Origin: Macrostomum hystrix
Lineage: Eukaryota > Animalia > Platyhelminthes
DNA: 64,000 bases
Direction of reading: 5' to 3'
NCBI GenBank assembly: GCA_950097015.1
Contig: CATNEN010000034.1
Coordinates: forward strand, 6,262,001 to 6,326,000
The notes below the pieces were generated by a model. The model saw only the letters and a program-made list of their open reading frames with translations. It had not been told where the DNA came from and ran no database searches. Made by a program: the position numbers and the translations under genes. Positions 1 through 11,800 of the stretch are shown here, piece after piece; position 1 is the first letter of the stretch, and each line of letters starts with the position of its first letter.

Positions 1-3000
1 GCAGCAGTCAGGTGGTGATGAATTCGGCCATCATCATGATGCACCGTCTATTTGTCTATTGGCCGTCTCACAAGCTGCCTTTAGGCAAAGTGGCCGCCGC
101 CTGCTTCCTATTGGCCACAAAGATTGAAGACTGTCCGCGCAGACTTAATTTCATTGTTCAGCAATACTTTAAACACGAGCGACAGGTTGTTGATATGAAA
201 CAGGTAAGAAGCCTGCATCTTAGTTTTTTTAATTCTTTCTATCCAAACTAAATTAGTTGTAGAACAGTAGTTAGAGCATCGAACTTCTCCACCGAGAGGT
301 CGAGAGTTCGAATCATCACCGAAGGAGACCACGGAATTCAACATAGCTTAAGTTAACTTCGCTGAAAAATGGGGACCAACATTATCTGAGGAAGTCTGGC
401 GGCCAACCCAGTCCACGGACTGAACTCTGCGAAATAGCTGCAGCTGTATATTTCATGCAGTCTCAATTCCAGAAACCAATGTCACATCCTGAGAATATCA
501 CATGGTCCAACTTACAAAATTGGTCTAATAGTCTCTTCGTTATTGGTTTTTTTTCCCAGGTCAGCAACGAGGAGATGTCTCTGGTTAGCGAGGAAATTGT
601 CCTCCTGGAGAACCTGATCCTTCCCTGTCTGGGCTTCAACCTGTCAATCACGCAGCCTCAAAGTGTTCTGGCGCGAGGAGTTAAAATGCTAAATTTGCCA
701 AGCAGCCTGACCCAGACGGCCTATTATCACTGCACCAACCTGTTGCACCTGACTATCATGGTGCTCAGGTTGCGCCCCGAGACATTCGCCGCCGCCTGCG
801 TCCAGATGGCCGCGTCCTGGAGCAACGCCGAGCTGCCCAAGGCCGCCGACAATGGCGGAAAGAATTGGTTTAACTTTTTCGATCCTAATATGACACCTGA
901 ACTGCTCAAAGCTGCTGTTGACGAGTGCATTAGGGAACTCACCAAAGTGCCACCGGATGCCAAGCAGACTCTTAAAGATAGCATCAAGGTGAGCAGCTAG
1001 CTTTCAAATACTATTAGCCAAAAAGTACACGATTTGAAATCAGTCATTTGAAATCTATAATTTGTGATGCTTGGATTATAATGTAGGATTCCTGATGTTT
1101 GCATTATAATGTAGGATTCCTGATGTTTGCATTATAATGTAGGATTCCTGATGTTTGCATTATAATCTAGGATTCCTGATATTTGGGTTATAATGTAGGA
1201 TTCCTGATGTTTGCATTATAATGTAGGATTCCTGATGCTTGCATTATAATGTAGGATTCCTGATGTTTGCATTATAATGTAGGATTCCTGATATTTGGGT
1301 TATAATGTAGGATTCCTGATGCTTGGATTATAAAGTAGGATTCCTGATGTTTGGATTATAATGTAGGATTCCTGATGCTTGGATTATAATGTAGGATTCC
1401 TGATGTTTGGATTATAATGTAGGATTCCTGATGCTTGGATTATAATGTAGGATTCCTGATGCTTGGATTATAAAGTAGGATTCCTGATGTTTGGATTATA
1501 ATGTAGGATTCCTGATGTTTGGATTATAATGTAGGATTCCTGATGTTTGGATTATAATGTAGGATTCCTGATGTTTGGATTATAATGTAGGATTCCTGAT
1601 ATTTGGGTTATAATGTAGGATTCCTGATGCTTGGATTATAAAGTAGGATTCCTGATGCTTGGATTATAATGTAGGATTCCTGATGCTTGGGTTATAATGT
1701 AGGATTCCTGATGTTTGGATTATAATCTAGGATTCCTGATGTTTGGATTATAATGTAGGATTTCTGAATCTACGATTAGCATTTCTAAAAACGCTTTTAC
1801 GCAAGCTCGGCCACAGATCAAAGAAAATATTTGGCAGCTAATTTATTTAAATAGTGCGTAAAATTTTCTAAAGGCCAACTTCAAAAGCTTGCTTAGATAA
1901 TCGATTGGTCTCATCAATAGCTGCCGGATTCCGTTTTTTACTGACAGTGGAGCTGGCAGTTCGCAAAAGGACTTACAGTTTTTGCTGTCAACTGTCAGCA
2001 GTCGAAATCCGAGATGGCTGAATTAAATTGATTAAATCACCTGTCCAGATCCCCAGATTGAATCACGTGTCCAGATCCCCAGATTGAATCACGTGTCCAG
2101 ATCCCCAGATTGAATGACCTGTCCAGATCCCCAGATTGAATCACGTGTCCAGATCCCCAGATTGAATCACGTGTCCAGATCCCCAGATTGAATCACCTGT
2201 ACAGATCCCCAGATTGAATCACCTGTACAGATCCCCAGATTGAATGACCTGTACAGATCCCCAGATTGAATCCCGTGTCCAGATCCCCAGATTGAATCAC
2301 GTATCCAGATCCCCAGATTGAATCACGTATCCAGATCCCCAGATTTATTCCCCTGTCCAGATCCCCAGATTGAATCACGTGTCCAGATCCCCAGATTTAT
2401 TCCCCTGTCCAGATCCCCTGATTTTATTTTTCTTTGTAATGTATTTGGGTTTTTTACAAAGGGATTTGATTTTGTGTAACAAACGGGACCACATCGAAAT
2501 AAATTTCGTAACGCGTGAAACGCAAGCTCGGCCACAGATCAAAGAAAATATTTGGCAGCTAATTAATTTAAATAGTGCGTCAAATTTTCTAAAGGCCAAC
2601 TTCAAAAGCTTGCTTAGATAATCGATTGGTCTCATCAATAGCTGCCGGATTCCGTTTTTTTACTGACAGTGGAGCTGGCAGTTCGCAAAGGGACTTACAG
2701 TTTTTGCTGTCAACTGTCAGCAGTCGAAATCCAAGATAGCTAAATTAAATTGATTGAATCACCTGTCCAGATTCCCAGATTGAATGACCTGTCCAGATCC
2801 CCAGATTGAATCACCTGTCCAGATCCCCAGATTTATTCACCTGTCCAGATCCCCAGATTGAATCACGTGTCCAGATCCCCAGATTTATTCACCTGTCCAG
2901 ATCCCCAGATTGAATCACCTGTCCAGATCCCCAGATTGAATCACGTGTCCAGATCCCCAGATTTCGTTTTTCTTTGTAATGTATTTGGGTATTTTACAAA

Positions 3001-4436
3001 GGGATTTGATTTTGGGTATCAAACGGGATCACATCGAAATAAATCTCGTAACGCATTTACGCAAGCTCGGCCACAGATCAAAGAAAATATTTGGCAGCTA
3101 ATTTATTTAAAAAGTGCGTAAAATTTTCTAAAGGCCAACTTCAAAAGCTTGCTTAGATAATCGATTGGTCTCATCAATAGCTGCCGGATTCCGTTTTTTA
3201 CTGACAGTGGAGCTGGCAGTTCGCAAAGGGACTTACAGTTTTTGCTGTCAACTGTCAGCAGTCGAAATCCGAGATGGCTAAATTAAATTGATTGAATCAC
3301 CTGTCCAGATCCCCAGATTTATTCACCTGTCCAGATCCCCAGATTGAATCACGTGTCCAGATCCCCTGATTTTGTTTTTCTTTGTAATGTATTTGGGTTT
3401 TTTACAAAGGGATTTGATTTTGTGTATCAAACGGGACCACATCGAAATAAATTTCGTAACGCGTGAAACGCAAGCTCGGCCACAGATCAAAGAAAATATT
3501 TGGCAGCTAATTTTTTTAAATAGTGCGTCAAATTTTCTAATGGCCAACTTCAAAAGCTTGCTTAGATAATCGATTGGTCTCATCAATAGCTGCCGGATTC
3601 CGTTTTTTTACTGACAGTGGAGCTGGCAGTTCGCAAAGGGACTTACAGTTTTTTCTTTTAACGGTTTTACAAAAAGTATCGACTTGGACATACTCGAATC
3701 GCAAGTTTAAATAACCAGTTTTCTCCCACCTGACACCGCGCAGGCCACTCCAACTCAGAGTCAGCTGATGCAGCAGCAGCAGCGACAGATGGAGAGACGG
3801 CAGCAGGAGCGCGAGCGGGCAGCTAAGGCTGCTCTAGCAGCTAAAGAGGCTCAATCTGTCATCAAAGTGGAAAACGATTCTCTGGCATCGAATGATTCTT
3901 CGTCGACAGTTAGCGCCCCGCAGCAGCAGCAGCAGCAGCACGCTAACCGGCCCCTCACAATTGACGAGTACAAAAAACGTAGACAGCTTGACGCTGCTGC
4001 GGCTGCCGCAGGGCCTGCTGGCGACATCAAGCCGAAATTGGAGCCTTCGACGGCCTATCACACTCAGCGGCATCACCAGCAGCCGCAGCATCATCACCGT
4101 CAGCAGCAGCCGCCTCCCCAGCAGCCGCAGCCACCTTGGTCCCATCACAAGCATCCGAACAGTCACCAGCAGCAGCCCTCAGTTGGTCACCATCATCAGC
4201 ATCATCAGCATCAGCAGCATTATCCACATCATCATCATCGTCAGTTGCCTTCTGGTTCGTCTTCTGCTGCTGCTGCTGCCACTTCTTCGTCCGGCGTGCC
4301 GCCTCTCCTATCTGGCGCTAAACGGCCTCATCATCACCTGGGCGGCGTCGGGGAGTCATTTAATCCCAACGCTGTCGAGCCAAATAATCAGGCGAAAAAG
4401 CACAAACCGTCCATCCCACCCTACTATACTAAGTAG
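1..4436 (+). CDS. CCNT1: Cyclin T (P-TEFb regulatory subunit), 5'-truncated; exons <1-203, 560-988, 3744-4436
   Basis: Cyclin-box motifs SQVVMNSAIIMMHRLF, AAACFLLATKIEDCPRRL, LENLILPCLGFNLSITQP, TQTAYYHCTNLLHLT and GGKNWFNFFD match cyclin T. GT-AG introns 204-559 and 989-3743 are both phase 0. The last exon is His/Gln-rich; stop at 4434-4436; ATTAAA near 4528. Confidence 0.9.
262..520 (+). mobile_element. Degenerate tRNA-derived SINE (family B) in cyclin T intron
   Basis: tRNA-like head with B box GTTCGAATC (306-314). Shares the 16-mer CCCAGTCCACGGACTG (407-422) with the minus-strand element at 43600-43894. The 3' boundary is approximate. Confidence 0.5.
1066..1768. repeat. 28-bp minisatellite (TTATAATGTAGGATTCCTGATGTTTGGA)n, cyclin T intron
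   Basis: Direct periodicity, e.g. ATGTAGG at 1501 and 1529. Confidence 0.95.
1799..3654. repeat. Compound tandem repeat: four copies of a ~235-bp segment separated by 26-bp (TGTCCAGATCCCCAGATTGAATCACG)n arrays and a ~100-bp linker
   Basis: ACGCAAGCTCGGCCACAGATCAAAG recurs at 1799, 2520, 3059 and 3468; the spacing varies with the number of 26-bp units. Confidence 0.93.
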
Positions 4437-5547
4437 TGTTGTGAGCGAGTTTTACTACTATTAACTGTAATACTGGTGTATTTGTACAAACTCTCTTGTT
4501 ATGTTTCAACTTCAGGTGTAACTACTAATTAAAAGTAGTTTTAACTTCTAATACGAAAGTTTGTCTTCTGTTCGGTTAATCTATTTACTAATCGAAGTGT
4601 AATAGCTTGCACATGCCCTGAGTTGGTGGCTACTTTTTCTAACTTTTGACAGCTAACAAATTTATGACATTAGTGGTGCGAGATAATATCCAGATGTGGT
4701 CCTAAAAACTCCTCAATCCGCTCCCTTGCCCTTTTAACACGCTCTCTCCCGTGTCTTATCTCTTCGCCATAAATCCATTTGACTCAACCTATTATCTACG
4801 TAACGTACGTAACCTACGTAAGCTGAGCGTTATAAAACATTAGCTTAGTACTGCTATGTATTCTAAGCACTCGTATTTAAAAAGATTTTCTATCGATATC
4901 GCATTCATCATGTGCCTATATGTCGTACTTATTCTGTCCTATATGGGTATTTCGCGTGTGCTGTATAAATCAGTAATAGCATTTTTTCCTCAGCGCATTA
5001 GTCCGCGCTTGAGGATAGCGTGTGTGCTTCTATAAGTTACAAATTAGCTTCTCAATTTTAACCGGATAGCAGTTTCAGCAAAGTTAGCATTATCAGACAA
5101 ATATACATTTAAAGATAGATCTACATTGTTAATCTCAATTATTGTAAGCATGGAGTTCTGCTCTGTTGAACTATGTTTCAATTTTGTCAAAAGAAATAGC
5201 GGATTAACTTAATCGAAACGTTAATTGTAACTTATTTAATAAAATTTGCGCAACGCAAAACCATTTTCCTGTGAGCTTCTTCTGCATACGCTAATCAAAG
5301 TTATGCACAATTTAAATTATGCCAAAAAGCTAATAAAAACTACACATTTGTTTTCATTTTTTGCTACAAAATCTTTTATACTGCGAATCTGGCTTGACCT
5401 GCCCAATGCTGCTGCTACCGCTGTCACTGTTTATTTTCAACATCATTACCCCTATTAATAAGTAAATCGATTGCACAGGTCAGCTCGATTTTGGCTCGTG
5501 TTGTGGCGGCAAGGCAAGCTAGAAAAGGATGAATAAAACTGAAAAAA

Positions 5548-6600
5548 ATGTCTTCAAGTAGATAGCTTGAAGTTTTGTTTGTACTGCCTTCCATTGTATT
5601 TTTTATTGGACAATCTTTTTGTTATTTTACATAATATTTATTTAGCATATGTTTTACTGTCAAAGTTGTAAACTTTCCTAGAAAGCAAGGAGACAACCGT
5701 GATCCCTAGAATCTCTAGAAGAGCAGAGATCCAACAAGAGTCCCTTAGAAACAGAGCAGAGATCCCAGAAGAGTCCCTTAGAAACAGAGAAGATATCCCA
5801 GAAGAGTCCCTTAGTAACAGAGCAGAGATCCCAGAAGAGTCCTTTAGTAACAGAGCAGAGATCCCAGAAGAGTCCCATAGGAACAGAGCAGAGATCCCAC
5901 AAGAGCTCCTTAGAAACAGAGCAGAGATCCCACAAGAGCTCCTTAGAAATAGAGCAGAGATCCGACAAGAGCACCTTAAAAACAGAAGAGTCCCATAGGA
6001 ACGGAGAATGAGCCCTTTAGCAAAGTCATCCTTTTCTTTCGTTGCTTTCAGGCATCAGAAAAGTGTGAAAGCAGCCAGCCGGGCAAAGCAGGCGCCAATA
6101 GTCGCCTAATCGGGCCATTGAATCTGGTGCTAACTGTGTCTCTCAATTTTCTAGTGTTTCGCTTTCTACCACCAATCACTGCGCCATGGCTACTGCCACC
6201 CAATATTGCTACTAATAGTAGTAGTCTCAGTAGCATCGATCGAAAAACTAGTCTCAGTGTTGCTGCTAGTTGGCTAGCACCTTTGGCACTCACTGCAGCC
6301 ATCATACCTACGGCTTGTCGTCGTCTGCCAGCCCTTGGCGAAGGCTTCGCCACCGAGTCTCTTGTGCACTGCCTGCTGGCTCTGGTCAACTTGCTTAGCG
6401 GCGCCCTGGCCTCTCCTAACATGCTGCTGCCTCTGCTGCCGCTGTTCTCCATCTATTACTGCCTGTGCCGGCTTCTGTGCCTGCTAATTGGCTGGCTGGC
6501 GCCTGACAAACTGCCATTGGTCCAGTTTGCTAGGCTGTTTGTGCCCAACATACTACTGCTGGGTTTTAACTGCTATAGTGCACTACAGCTTGCTAAGTAG
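5548..6600 (+). CDS. Tentative ~288-aa protein with N-terminal 11-aa repeats and a multi-pass hydrophobic C-terminus; exons 5548-5557, 5682-5989, 6052-6600
   Basis: Strong acceptor TTGCTTTCAG at 6051 opens a stop-free frame to 6600 with several hydrophobic segments. Acceptor TTTCCTAG (5681) and donors at 5558 (phase 1) and 5990 (phase 0, weak GTCCCA) give one continuous frame MSSKSKETTV-(AEIPEESLRNR)n-ASEK. No family recognised. Confidence 0.4.
5712..5998. repeat. 33-bp minisatellite (AGAAACAGAGCAGAGATCCCAGAAGAGTCCCTT)n
   Basis: About 9 degenerate copies, open in one frame on each strand. Confidence 0.9.
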
Positions 6601-6705
6601 CTTACTGTGATGATCTGAAAGATTTAGCATTCAGTGAAGACGCGACTGGATTGGAATTAGTTTAAAGCATTCTTTGGGAATACTGCCTGTATTATCTGAA
6701 AAGTA

Positions 6706-7276
6706 ACATGGGATTATCTGAATACCATGGGATTATCTGAATGCCATGGGATTATCTGAAAAATACCATGGGATTATCTGAATGCCATGGGATTATCTGA
6801 ATAGCATGGGATTATCTGAATAGTACCATGGGATTATCTGAATAGTACCATGGGATTATCTGAATAGAATTGGATATGAATGCCATGGGATCATCTGAAT
6901 ACCATGGGATTATCTGAATACCATGGGATTATCTGAATGCCATGGGATTATCTGAATAGCATTGGATCTGAATGCCATGGGATCATCTGAATACCATGGG
7001 ATTATCTGAATACCATGGGATTATCTGAATAGTACCATGGGATTATCTGAATAGAATTGGATATGAATGCCATGGGATCATCTGAATACCATGGGATTAT
7101 CTGAATACCATGGGATTATCTGAATGCCATGGGATTATCTGAATAGCATTGGATCTGAATGCCATGGGATTATCTAAATACCATGGGATTATCTGAATGC
7201 CATGGGATTATCTGAAAAATACCATGGAATTATCTGAATAGCATTGGATTATCTGAATGCCATGGGATTATCTGAA
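6706..7276. repeat. ~19-bp minisatellite (GGGATTATCTGAATACCAT)n
   Basis: Direct periodicity with indel variants. Confidence 0.93.
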
Positions 7277-7759
7277 GACTGAAGGACGAAGTGCCATCTG
7301 TCATTTAGATGGGGTGTCATGTGAAGATCATTTGTCAAGCAAGGATACCAGCCATATTATCTGCAGTAGCCGCGCGCAGCGAGATCATATTAAGGTTAGC
7401 TTTGCTGCTATTATTGTTAAGTAGCCATTTCTAGTTTTTTTTAATAAATCGACAAGGAGGAACAAATTTATCGAGCTTTTGATTATTTTAATGATTTTAT
7501 TGCTTTGTTCGATTATTTTATTCCTTAATATTGCGTGAAGCCATCCAGTTGGTTTTCGTTTTGGAAATCTTGTTTGTCTCTTCGTCCACGCCTAATCCAT
7601 TGCGATAAAATATGTACCCTCGTACAAGCGTATGCTTTTTACATAATTCACTTTGCAATCTAAATTTGTATTGTGTGATTGATAATATACTATTTTACAA
7701 AGATTTGATCAGACTTGAAACATCTATTGTGCTTCCTTCTCTTACTGTGAGGACTGATT

Positions 7760-8660
7760 AAGTAGGCAGATTGGGAAGTGGCTAGAAAGATTTAGGGAGT
7801 GAGTAGACAGATTTAGGGAGTGGGTAGACAAATTGAGGGAGTGGGTAGACAAATTGAGGGAGTGGGTAGACAGATTAAGGGAGTGGGTAGACAGATTGAG
7901 GGAGTGGGTAGACAAATTAAGGGAGTGGGTAGACAGATTAAGGGAGTGGGTAGACAGATTGAGGGAGTGGGTAGACAAATTGAGGGAGTGGGTAGACAAA
8001 TTGAGGGTGTGGGTAGACAAATTGAGGGTGTGGGTAGACATGTTGAGGGAGTGGGTAGACAAATTGAGGGAGTGGGTAGACAGATTAAGGGAGTGGGTAG
8101 ACAGATTGAGGGAGTGGGTAGACAAATTGAGGGTGTGGGTAGACAAATTGAGGGTGTGGGTAGACATGTTGAGGGAGTGGGTAGACAAATTGAGGGAGTG
8201 GGTAGACAGATTAAGGGAGTGGGTAGACAGATTGAGGGAGTGGGTAGACAAATTGAGGGTGTGGGTAGACAGATTAAGGGAGTGGTTAGACAGAATAAGG
8301 GAGTGGCTGGATAGATTGAGGCAGTGGCTAGACAGATTGATGGAGTGGATAAACTGATTTAGGGAGTGGCTAGACAGATTAAGGGAGTGGGTAGACAGAT
8401 TGAGGGAGTGGGTAGACAAATTGAGGGAGTGGGTAGACAAATTGAGGGAGTGGGTAGACAAATTGAGGGTGTGGGTAGACAGATTAAGGGAGTGGTTAGA
8501 CAGAATAAGGGAGTGGCTGGATAGATTGAGGCAGTGGCTAGACAGATTGATGGAGTGGATAAACTGATTTAGGGAGTGGCTAGACAGATTAAGGGAGTGG
8601 CTAGACAGATTAAGGGAGTGGCTAGACAGATTAAGGGAGTGGCTAGACAGATTGAGGGAT
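7760..8660. repeat. 21-bp G-rich minisatellite (GAGGGAGTGGGTAGACAAATT)n upstream of DHX9
   Basis: Direct periodicity; explains ORFs 7742-8461, 7820-8314 and 7833-8357. Confidence 0.95.
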
Positions 8661-8810
8661 TAGCAGACTGAAAATCAAAATGAAGCGAGTTTCATCTAAG
8701 TATTTATGTGTTTCCCGTTAAACAGTCACTAATAAGTACCGTGTAATCTTTGCAGCCACTCAACTGTCAAATTGTTGCCCATAACTCCTTAGCAACAAGC
8801 GCTGTGCACA

Positions 8811-11800
8811 ATGTCGGACATGAAATCGTTTCTCTATGGCTGGCTTGGCACTAGAAAGCACCAACCGCCTGTCTACACTGTGAAATCAGAGACTGGGCGC
8901 GGCAGGAGCAGATTTGTTTGCGATGTGAGTAAGGATAGATGGGCTGAGCAGTGATGGGAGATGGGCTGAGCAGTGAAGGGAGATGGGCTGAGCAGTGAAG
9001 GGAGACGGGCTAAACAGTGAAGGGAGACGGGCTGAGCAGTGAAGGGAGACGGGCTGAGCAGTGAAGGGAGATGGGCTGAGCAGTGAAGGGAGATGGGCTG
9101 AGCAGTGAAGGGAGATGGGCTGAGCAGTGAAGGGAGATGGGCTGAGCAGTGAAGGGAGATGGGCTGAGCAGTGAAGGGAGATGGGCTGAGCAGTGAAGGG
9201 AGATGGGCTGAGGAGTGAAGGGAGATGGGCTGAGCAGTGAAGGGAGATGGGCTGAGCAGTGAAGGGAGATGGGCTGAGCAGTGAATATGTATGCTGAATA
9301 TATCTAATATTGAATGCTGAAGTCATCAATGCCTGCAGTTACGAGTGGACGGTTTCAACTATGTGGCCCGCGGCTCCTCAACTAGCAAGAAGGACGCCCA
9401 GACGAATGCGGCTCGCGACTTCGTGTCCTACCTGGTGCGCCAGGGCCAGATGTCAGCGGCTGAAGTCCCCCAGTTCACCCAGGACTCGCTGGAGGGATCT
9501 GGACCGCTTGGTCCCTATCAGCAGCCGTTTGCTGGCTTCGGCGGCGCTGGCGGTTGGCGGTCGGGAGTTCAGCCCGGTAGCTGCTGCTGCTGCTGCTGCT
9601 GCTGCTTCTGCTGCGTCTCAAGAACAGTTGGGAGTCGCAGCCACGGAGCCTAGGCACGGCTACATTGATCGAATTGCGGATCAGAAACGACTAGAAGAGG
9701 TTATTTATCGCTAGTAGAGACTTAATTACATCTGTCCATCAATCCGTCTATCCCACACGATTATTCCATGTGCCTCACCCAATCCTTACACAGGCCGAAG
9801 AAGTGGACTTCACAGCAGATATCCACGGCGGCTGGACAATAGACAATGCCAAGAGCAGGCTGCACCAGTACCTGCAGATGACAAAGCAGCCAAAGGTTGA
9901 TTATCATTATACCGTCATTGGGCCGGACCATAAAAGGTATTTGGGGATCACCAAATATAGAAAGATCCCAGTTCGTGACTGGGTGGTCACAGAATCTCCA
10001 AAATCTTAATGTCAGGTCACCAACCCTCCCAGATCCTCATGTTGATTCACCAAACCTCCCAGATCCCCAGGTTGGGTCACTAAACCTCCCAGATCCTCAG
10101 GTTGATTCACCAAATCTCCCAGATCCCCAGGTTGGGTCACCAAACTTCCCAGATCCTCAGGTTGATTCACCAAACCTCCCAGATCCTCAGGTTGATTCAC
10201 CAAACCTCCCAGATCCCCAGGTTGGGTCACTAAACCTCCCAGATCCTCAGGTTGGGTCACTAAACCTCCCAGATCCTCAGGTTGGGTCACTAAACCTCCC
10301 AGATCCTCAGGTTGATTCACCAAACCTCCCAGATCCTCAGGTTGATTCACCAAACCTCCCAGATCCTCAGGTTGATTCACCAAACCTCCCAGATCCTCAG
10401 GTTGATTCACCAAACCTCCCAGATCCCCAGGTTGGGTCACTAAACCTCCCAGATCCTCAGGTTGGGTCACTAAACCTCCCAGATCCTCAGGTTGATTCAC
10501 CAAACCTCCCAGATCCTCAGGTTGATTCACCAAACCTCCCAGATCCTCAGGTTGGGTCACCAAACTTCCCAGATCCTCAGGTTGATTCACCAAACCTCCC
10601 AGATCCTCAGGTTGGGTCACCAAACTTCCCAAGAACTTGTGATTTTGTCATTGAATCATACGTAGTTCATCGTTCACAGTTCGTTTAGTTCATTGATTCC
10701 AACGTAGATTTGAATAAACGCGTTGCCGCTCGTTAGTGCATCAGACTCACTTGTTGTGCGTAATAAATGACAATATTCATTAAAGCCACACTCTTGGCAT
10801 CAATTTCACCATCTTTAGAACTTGATTTGCCAAGTCTGTGCGCCTTGAAATTTTAATAAACCAATCGGTATTTCTCCGGTAGTCTAATTTTTGAGAATAC
10901 TTATTCTCATGTTTTAGGCTTTCTATCCTGTCAGTAAATCTGATTCAGTCAGTCAGTCCACAGTCGTACTCGATTAACTAGCGCAATTGGTGAGTCTGAT
11001 GCACATACTGGCAACTATATTGCTTACTTAGGTGCTGTCAATGCTTCTTCAGTTGAATGGCCGCTACCCTCCCCGAATCCTTGAGTGTTTTATGGCCCCT
11101 ACCCTCCTCCAATCCTTGAGTGTTTTATGCCCGCTACCCTCCTCCAATCCTTTAGTGTTTTATGGCCGCTACCCTCCTCCAATCCTTGAGTGTTTTATGG
11201 CCGCTACCCTCCTCCAATCCTTGAGTGTTTTATGGCCGCTACCCTCCTCCAATCCTTGAGTGTTTTATGGCCGCTACCCTCCTCCAATCCTTGAGTGTTT
11301 TATGGCCGCTACCCTCCTCCAATCCTTGAGTGTTTTATGGCCGCTACCTTCCCTCAATCCTTGAGTGTTTTATGGCTGCTACCTTCCTCCAATCCGTGAG
11401 TGTTTTATGGCCGCTACCTTCCCCCAATCCTTGAGTGTTTTATGGCCGCTACCCTTCTCCAATCCTTGAGTGTTTTATGCCCGCTACCCTTCTCCAATCC
11501 GTGAGTGTTTTATGCCCGCTACCCTTCTCCAATCCGTGAGTGTTTTATGGCCGCTACCTTCCCCTAATACTTTAGTGTTTTATGGCCGCTACCTCCCCCA
11601 ATCCTTATGACCGCTACCCTATCCCAAAATTAAGAGGCCGCCACCCGCCGTCAATGTGATTCGTGTCCCGTCCCGCATTGCAGAAGCTTCTCAGCTAAGT
11701 TGAGCATCATTAGTCGCAAAAGCAATCGCAGCATTACGGCCGTTGAGCACGGCTCTAATAAGCAGACCGCTAGCAAAGCCTGCGCTCTGTCTCTGGTTCG

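Noticed and set aside
1938-2000. Possible pre-miRNA hairpin (CTGACAGT...ACTGTCAG) repeated in the compound repeat
   Set aside because: Only an 8-bp contiguous stem by eye, too weak without folding or small-RNA data.
7742-8461. Three overlapping repeat-peptide ORFs
   Set aside because: Products of the 21-bp array. The same applies to ORFs at 9897-10688, 12250-12754, 21272-21661, 22377-22988, 39569-39988, 50374-51486, 54405-54990 and 63067-63609.
9580-9653. Poly-Cys metal-binding peptide in ORF 9345-9653
   Set aside because: Off-frame reading of a CTG microsatellite after the DHX9 frame change.
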